A DNA stretch of 64,000 nt, taken from Magallana gigas. Its lineage: Eukaryota. A program made the position numbers and the translations under genes. The stretch is from assembly GCF_963853765.1 (NCBI RefSeq), contig NC_088861.1, positions 37,820,001 through 37,884,000 of the forward strand. The letters are read 5' to 3'. How positions within the stretch are numbered: position 1 is the first letter of the stretch; the number at the start of each line of letters is the position of its first letter. Below, one piece after another: positions 57,712 through 64,000 of the stretch. The notes under the pieces were generated by a model. The model was given only the letters and a program-made list of their open reading frames with translations, did no database searches and was not told where the DNA came from.

Positions 57712-58430
57712 TCGGCAATGGTTTTGACTTTATACTATGGAGAAACATTGTTTGTTAATTGGTGATTAAATTGAGATGAGCAAAATGTTGTCTTGATTGA
57801 AATTAAATAGTGACTTTGTACAACGGCGATTAAAAGTGTTTTAATGTTGAAAGACCGATATGAACTCCGAAGTCAGAGAGGTCATCATCGCCAAACATTT
57901 TTACCGATGATTCAAGCCGATATGACAGTTTTAAATATATCTAAGTTGGCGGTGATGCATGTCTACCCTGTGGAATATTAGGTAGAGGGTATACATTTTT
58001 GATTATGAGAAAAATATATGTCAGGCGCCTATGGATATAAGTACAAAATGTAAATGCATATTTCAGCTTTTACCCCGTTGCAAAGCAAAACTCCCGTTTT
58101 CTGTTTATTAAAACCAGCCGACTAATTATACATTTGCGTTTTTCTGCTCATGTTTATCTTGCATGAAATGACGAATTTTCCCCATTTTAATTTCACAAAA
58201 TCGACATAATCTGTAATCTGTATAAACACAGCATACCGAATGAAAAACACAACTTATATGTACAGGGAAGCGAAATGTTCTAACAGAGAAACGTATTGTA
58301 TTTTAAAAAAACACGTAACGTACAAGAAATTGAGACTATAGTTTAACATCTATTTAATCTTTAATTTCAAACAAAGCTCTAACTTCAGTTCGCTGTCAAA
58401 CCAGCCTTAATCGGAACCGACGATGCTGGT

Positions 58431-58800
58431 GATGCGAGACAATTTATACTTCAATATTTTTCTTCTAAAATGAATACTAATATGTCAGTTAGGTATAAAA
58501 TTTCTCGGGGAGTCGTTTATCAATAATGGGTCTTAAAATTACAAAATGGTCTAGGGGGAACTTTACAAAAGATGCAGTAACTGTAATTTTCTTTTTTTAA
58601 GCAATTCCACTATTTGATGCGAGACAATTTATACTTAATATTTTCTTCTAAAATGAATGATAATATGTTAGTTAGGTATAAAATTTCTCAGGGGGTCTTT
58701 TGTCAATATGACGGGTCTTAAAATTTACAAAATGGTCGAGAGGAAACTTTACAAAAGATGCAATTACTGTAAATTTCTCATTTTAAGCAATTCCACTATT
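58431..58800 (+). repeat. Imperfect tandem duplication, two units of about 185 bp
   Basis: gatgcgagacaatttatact... starts at 58431 and 58616; both units end gcaattccactatt. Confidence 0.9.
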
Positions 58801-59315
58801 GTGTATCAAATCGTAAAAACATTAAATCGCGATCACCAGTTTTTTGTGATTATAATAGTTCATATATATGTAATTTAAAACTGTCCGATAAACGAGACTT
58901 TCAAAATCCCCGAGGGTTGCTCCTTGCGATTACCGCGGAAATTATTTCCTCGCATTTAAAAAGGAGTCCACAGTAATGACTCCAAGTTAAATTTGAACCC
59001 CTTGTCATAATCCTACAGGGTCATTTTTGTCACAACAGCAAACGTGCCTCTCGGCTGTACAACCCAAATCTAAACACTTATTAGTTTTCATCTTTATTTA
59101 CTGTTCATTCCCTCTTGTTCTCTTTCTGAGCCCAATATTTCTAACCTATCACACCGGTTCCGTCCGCATTTTCTCTGTAAAAATAATGTTTAAAAGAAGA
59201 GTAAAACATGCAATTTTCATTTAATTAAAAATAACTATAATCATAGAATTAATATTTTTTAAGTTCATTGTTTGAATCGCTTTACGTTGAAATACAAACA
59301 TAAAAAACTAAAAAC

Positions 59316-59683
59316 CTACGGTTTTTCGCAAATGTAAAAGTGAGATCCTCCCCTTTCCTTGCCGTGGGCCCATGGAACACAATTATCATCCATCCAAAAT
59401 AGAGTGGTACCCTCAAACTTCATAACGAGGCAGTTTGTGGTCTCGTTTTTAGTTGGATATCCTGACGCCCATTTTGTGTAGGGACCGAGAGCGGTGCCTG
59501 TCTCTAACCATCGCCACTGACCCTCGAACACATTGTCCTCTGCCCCAACCCAAAAGCCTGACTCCCTAAACTCTGTAAATGACACGAACTGTTGATATAG
59601 ATCTATAAATTGCGAAGGATTGCCTTCGTCAATGGTATTCATAATCAAAAGTACAAAAGAAAGATTTACGACATTCACATCAT

Positions 59684-59747
<64 letters not shown>

Positions 59748-61454
59748 GACGTATATACCGTGAAGAACACTGAGGATCTGTGTTACAAAGTTGTGTTTAT
59801 CCTCGTTGTCATCTGTCATCAGATAGCCACCTTTACTCCTGCAATCCCTCTGTCATACAAAAAAAAACCGGAAAAAATACTCATGGATATAATGTATACA
59901 GGGAAATATGCACCCCATTGTATTTTCGTTGTCAGCGGGCAAATTTAAGACTGGGCAAATTCCAATATTCCGAGCTATTGCTTAAGTACACAAGTATGAC
60001 TGGGCGATTCGGAATTTAAGACGGGGCGAAATAGTTTCCAGATGTATAAGGGCGAAAACAACACGGAGGGAAAATAACCCTATATACAGTAGTCAATATG
60101 ACAAAATAATATATATTTGTTCAATAAATAAAAAAAAATCACTTTCAATAAACACTACACGTCTTACACAAATACATGTAATTTTGAGTTAGCTGGAACA
60201 GTGCATCTTTTCGTGGACAACATTTATTGCATGTTGTAAGGCATGTCAAGATCGAGTTTGATTTCGTTTAAATGAGAGATGGAAAGTGAATTTCACGAAT
60301 CAATTTGTCAATGAAAAATTACAATAAAATCAACGGAAATTTTAAGGCATTGAATACGAATTGTGTGGCATTTGTGCTTTGAATTTTATTCGAGTTTTAA
60401 ATGCCATTGGTTTCCGAAAAGGAGCTGTATAGCTTGACTATGTATTATTACGTTGTTCAGAAAGACGACCAAGCAGAATATGAATGCAAGGCATTAATGA
60501 AATAAAAGCCCAAGGGTCACATCGATCACCTGAGCAACAAAAGCCATAATGAAATCAGATTTATGGAATCATATACAAAATATCTTGACAATGTAGTTGA
60601 ATAAAGATATAAAAAGATATGTTGAACATTGAACCACTTTTGAGCAGGAAGATTTCGAAGTCATATCTCATAGTAAGTATTACAGTTTTTAAGTTTTAAA
60701 GAACATCTTAAACATCTATAAATTTACATCAAACTTTAATTTGAGCCCATAATTATTCACGTTCTAAGCAAGTGAATATCAATGTTATGTCAAGATAGTC
60801 TTGTTTTAGTAAAAGCATGTATTATAACATTTCTTTTATCATTTAGCAAGAATCATTTATTTTTTCTTATGTAAAAATGCCTTCCTAATTAACAAACTCC
60901 TCTTCATCTTGGGCACAATTTGGTTAAGATTGAAAGCAACGTTTTGCAGAAAAAGTCGAAAAACAGTTTACAGACAGACAGACGAACAGACAGACAAACG
61001 GACGCAGGATTAAAAAAAATGACCAGAATAGCTCACGTGTTTTTACCTTAGGTGAGGTATACAGCTGCACGTACTATTTAACTTTTTATGTCCTAAGTCC
61101 TTTGATTAAGTTTTATTATTTGTGCATGGTCCTAACTTACCGCGGCATCTATCCAGCCTCTACTGGCTCTGCTGAAATGTAAACATTCTCCCTGAAATTC
61201 TGACCAGTCTATTGGACAGGCAGCGAAAGCAAAGACGACACCTAGTGTAAAACAGAAACAAGATAGCAAAGTGTCTGTAGTCATTATATCGCCATTAAAT
61301 AAAACAAAATCGCTTTTTTCTTTGGTATTGCTTTTGCAACTCCTCTCAACTCTGTTAATTGGATCAATTTGCTTTGAGTTAACGGTATATCAAGAAACAT
61401 TTCAAGGTACTCACAATAGACTAGTACAAACCCTGTTAGCACTTCGGTCGCCAT
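59316..61454 (-). CDS. Secreted single-domain C-type lectin (perlucin-like), 162 aa; exons 61454-61415, 61241-61141, 59849-59759, 59572-59316
   Basis: MATEVLTGFVLVYCVVFAFAACPIDWSEFQGECLHFS...DCRSKGGYL...FWVGAED...EGQWRW...YTKWASGYP...NCL...WMDDNC...YICEKP*. All junctions are in phase. The stop overlaps a possible GTAGGT donor, so a further exon cannot be excluded. Confidence 0.9.
59689..59747 (+). repeat. (TC)n microsatellite in a lectin intron
   Basis: Direct reading; one interruption. Confidence 0.97.
59890..60091. mobile_element. MITE, copy 3 of the tactgtatacaggg family
   Basis: taatgtatacagggaaat...aaaataaccctatatacagta. Confidence 0.75.
60503..61058 (+). mobile_element. Degenerate non-autonomous Helitron/Helentron-like (HINE/pearl-type) element
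   Basis: 5' block gcccaagggtcacatcgatcacctgag, (acag)n microsatellite near the 3' end, and terminal agctcac...ggtgag palindrome. This layout is typical of bivalve elements; ends are approximate. Confidence 0.6.
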
Positions 61455-62670
61455 TGTTGTCACGGTTTTGTTATCAGACGAGGCCTAGGTCTTAATTTGG
61501 TCGTCTTATGAGATGCACCTTAAAGTACAGTTACAATAACCCAATTGATAAAGTGCTGCTTTTACCTCTTACAGAATATTTCCAAACGAGATAAAAAGGC
61601 AGATAAAATCTGCAATCTTGATTTTATAAAATTGTTAGTTAAAGAGTTTTTATCTGACCTTTTTATTCGACAATTGATATTTGTTAATGAATTGATGAAA
61701 AACCTATTGTATTAATTCAGATATAAATTTGTAAAGAGTACATGGATAATAATATTTAAATGTTGAATGAGTAAATTGACCAAGTTCTTCACTTGTTCCA
61801 GTATATGAATCGGCAGTGTTACATGTAATATGAAATCTACATGACAACAAAAAGATTATATAATTGGGGTCAATTTTTCGGGGTCTCTGGTTGTTGGACG
61901 TCGTTGGAAAATTATCAAGACATTGATCTAGGGCAGAATATAGTCACATGACTCGTGAACGAAGTCAATCATGATTCGATATCTTGTCCTTATTTGTACA
62001 GGTTTGTTTTAAGCTTTTGTTTCTCAACATTGCTACAGTCGAGGATTTTTTTTTATGAAAATATTCTCTACAATACTAGTTCACACAATATTCTCCGATT
62101 ACCTTAATTTGCAACATAGTTTTGGAATCTTATGTTTATGAATCATTTTCCGTCCATGATATATTTGTAACGTAATGTAACTTCTCTCTGTTATTGGTAT
62201 GCAACACATATGCAATTGTTCTTTTCTTTTAATTATATTTTCATGCTTGTTCTTTCGAAATTCATTACATTAAATCATCTTGTCTATAAAAATCATTACA
62301 CTAATATAACAATGAAAGTTTTACATCGCACATTCATGTACACACTTGATTGTGAATTGCGAGAAAGTCTTATAAAACGACTATATCGCACATACATCTA
62401 TACTTAGTGTGTGTACTTTAGTCTTATAATGCTATGTTGCATGTTATAGAATTAACCACCAAATTCGACTCTTGTCTTAACGTGTTTTAGAATAGTAGAT
62501 CTTTCATTTTGGCTTGCCGTAAAGTTATATTGTCTTTTATCCATTAATACTAAAACTACTATTGTTGCAATGTTACCTTTTATATTGTTTTGCTACACAG
62601 CCATGACTTGCACCTCCTCGTCATTACTTAATTCTGCATATTATAGCGTTCATCTTTTCTTTCTCTACAG

Positions 62671-63402
62671 CCATCGCCTGTACTCTCTGTTCCTGTCCAC
62701 AGGACTGGGCGGAGTATGACGGAGAGTGTCTGTTCTTTGGACATGATAGAAGGGACTTTATTGGAGCTGAGGTATAAATGCATGTAATAATTGCTTTAGA
62801 ATTTTGAAAATTAAGCTTAAAATATAGTGCAATGACACTCAATATGATGAGTGTAATTGTTTTAGAAATTGCAATTTAGAAGTAAGTTTGAAAATCTAAT
62901 GTATCGATTCTCCACATTAGGTCAAAACTTAATACTTTTTTTTCTTGCAAAACGACCTTTTATACATATGAAGTTGCAATTTAGCTATTGATCGTATCTG
63001 AATATATGACCAAGAACTCATTTTTTTAATAAGACAAATATTTGTATCATATTCTAATTAAATGAATGTACTTTGTCAGTACACGTTGGTTTGTTGTTTG
63101 AGTATGGGAATGAGGAAATATAAACCATGTTATGTGGCAAAAATGTCTTGTTTTTTTCATACTTTTAATTCTAATTTTGTTTTAAATCATTTCAATTAGA
63201 ACATTATAACTTTGTATCGCTTTTTAGAACAGGTACTATATGTATTGTTTAGTTTATATGTTTTTTACTATATTGATCTATCACTGATAACTGTCTTATA
63301 AAATTTTGTAGAATGACTGCAAGCATAGGCATAGCTACTTAGCATCAGTTGACAATGCAGGAAAAGCCAACTTTATCCGACAGATTCTCAGTGTAATGCA
63401 TA
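62671..63402 (+). CDS. Second C-type lectin (paralogue), partial; exons 62671-62771 and 63312-63402
   Basis: CPQDWAEYDGECLFFGHDRRDFIGAE / NDCKHRHSYLASVDNAGKANFIRQILSVMH. Exon sizes (101, 91 nt) and phases equal those of the minus-strand lectin. The last exon is outside the window. Confidence 0.85.
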
Positions 63403-64000
63403 GTGAGTAGTTTGTTTCTTTGTATTGTGTATAAATGTATCAATTTATCAATAAAGTCTAGCAAATGAAATCAAATGGCCTTATGTAGGTTTATCAGATA
63501 CTGGAAACGGTATAGACACAAAGTTCATGTTGTATTTCTCTTGAAACTGCATTTTTATCATATTACAATAACAGTATCAACTAGTAAAAAGTTCTGTAGA
63601 ATAATTCAAATTCTTAATTGCTTAGTTTTCGTAGACTCTGTTGGTGGTCATCAAAAAAATTATACTCTTTACCTACAGCAGATATTAACTTAAACAAATA
63701 TTATTGATTCATTAATTTAAAAACATAATTCAGACTTTAGCATACATATCTGAATATGAAAAAATTAAATTGTTAATAATATTTTTTCGAATTTGTTAGA
63801 TTTTATTAGAAAAATATGTATTGGTTTTTGAACTGCTTTTCCTATTGCTTAAGAGGGTTTGATTACCATTTTAGACTCAAACAATCTCTTTAACAAGAAT
63901 AGCTCTATATATAAAGACAACTTTTCTTTTCTTAATGACACATTATGGATTAAATAATCATATTGAAAATAAAAGGAATCTTTAATTGATGATTTTGTTG

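Noticed and set aside
58431-58800. Tandem repeat as a CRISPR-like or other ordered array
   Set aside because: Only two diverged 185-bp units, no spacers, eukaryotic context.

Overview
AT-rich eukaryotic genomic DNA with spliceosomal introns and two N-gaps. Gene content and repeat types suggest a bivalve mollusc, probably an oyster (inference). Eight host genes were rebuilt by hand from splice sites: HINT2 (partial, -); a 434-aa type I membrane protein with lectin-like, CUB-like, mucin, TM and ITIM-like parts (+); a RERG/RASL11/12-type small GTPase (-); a two-BIR IAP without RING (-); a secreted bacterial-like beta-propeller protein (+); a prokineticin/astakine-like peptide (+); and two head-to-head C-type lectin paralogues (one complete, one partial). 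There are two full-length Ty3/Gypsy retrotransposons whose LTR pairs look identical by eye. Element 1 (7045-14300, -) is nested in a TIR DNA element inside intron 1 of the receptor gene. It has an extra 3' zinc-finger ORF that appears set up for expression by splicing from a donor inside the LTR, and an integrase frameshift. Element 2 (46086-50773, +) is an intact Mag/Steamer-like element. A truncated LINE, many MITEs and microsatellites fill the introns. Coordinates were counted by hand and no database searches were run, so family names are motif-based.
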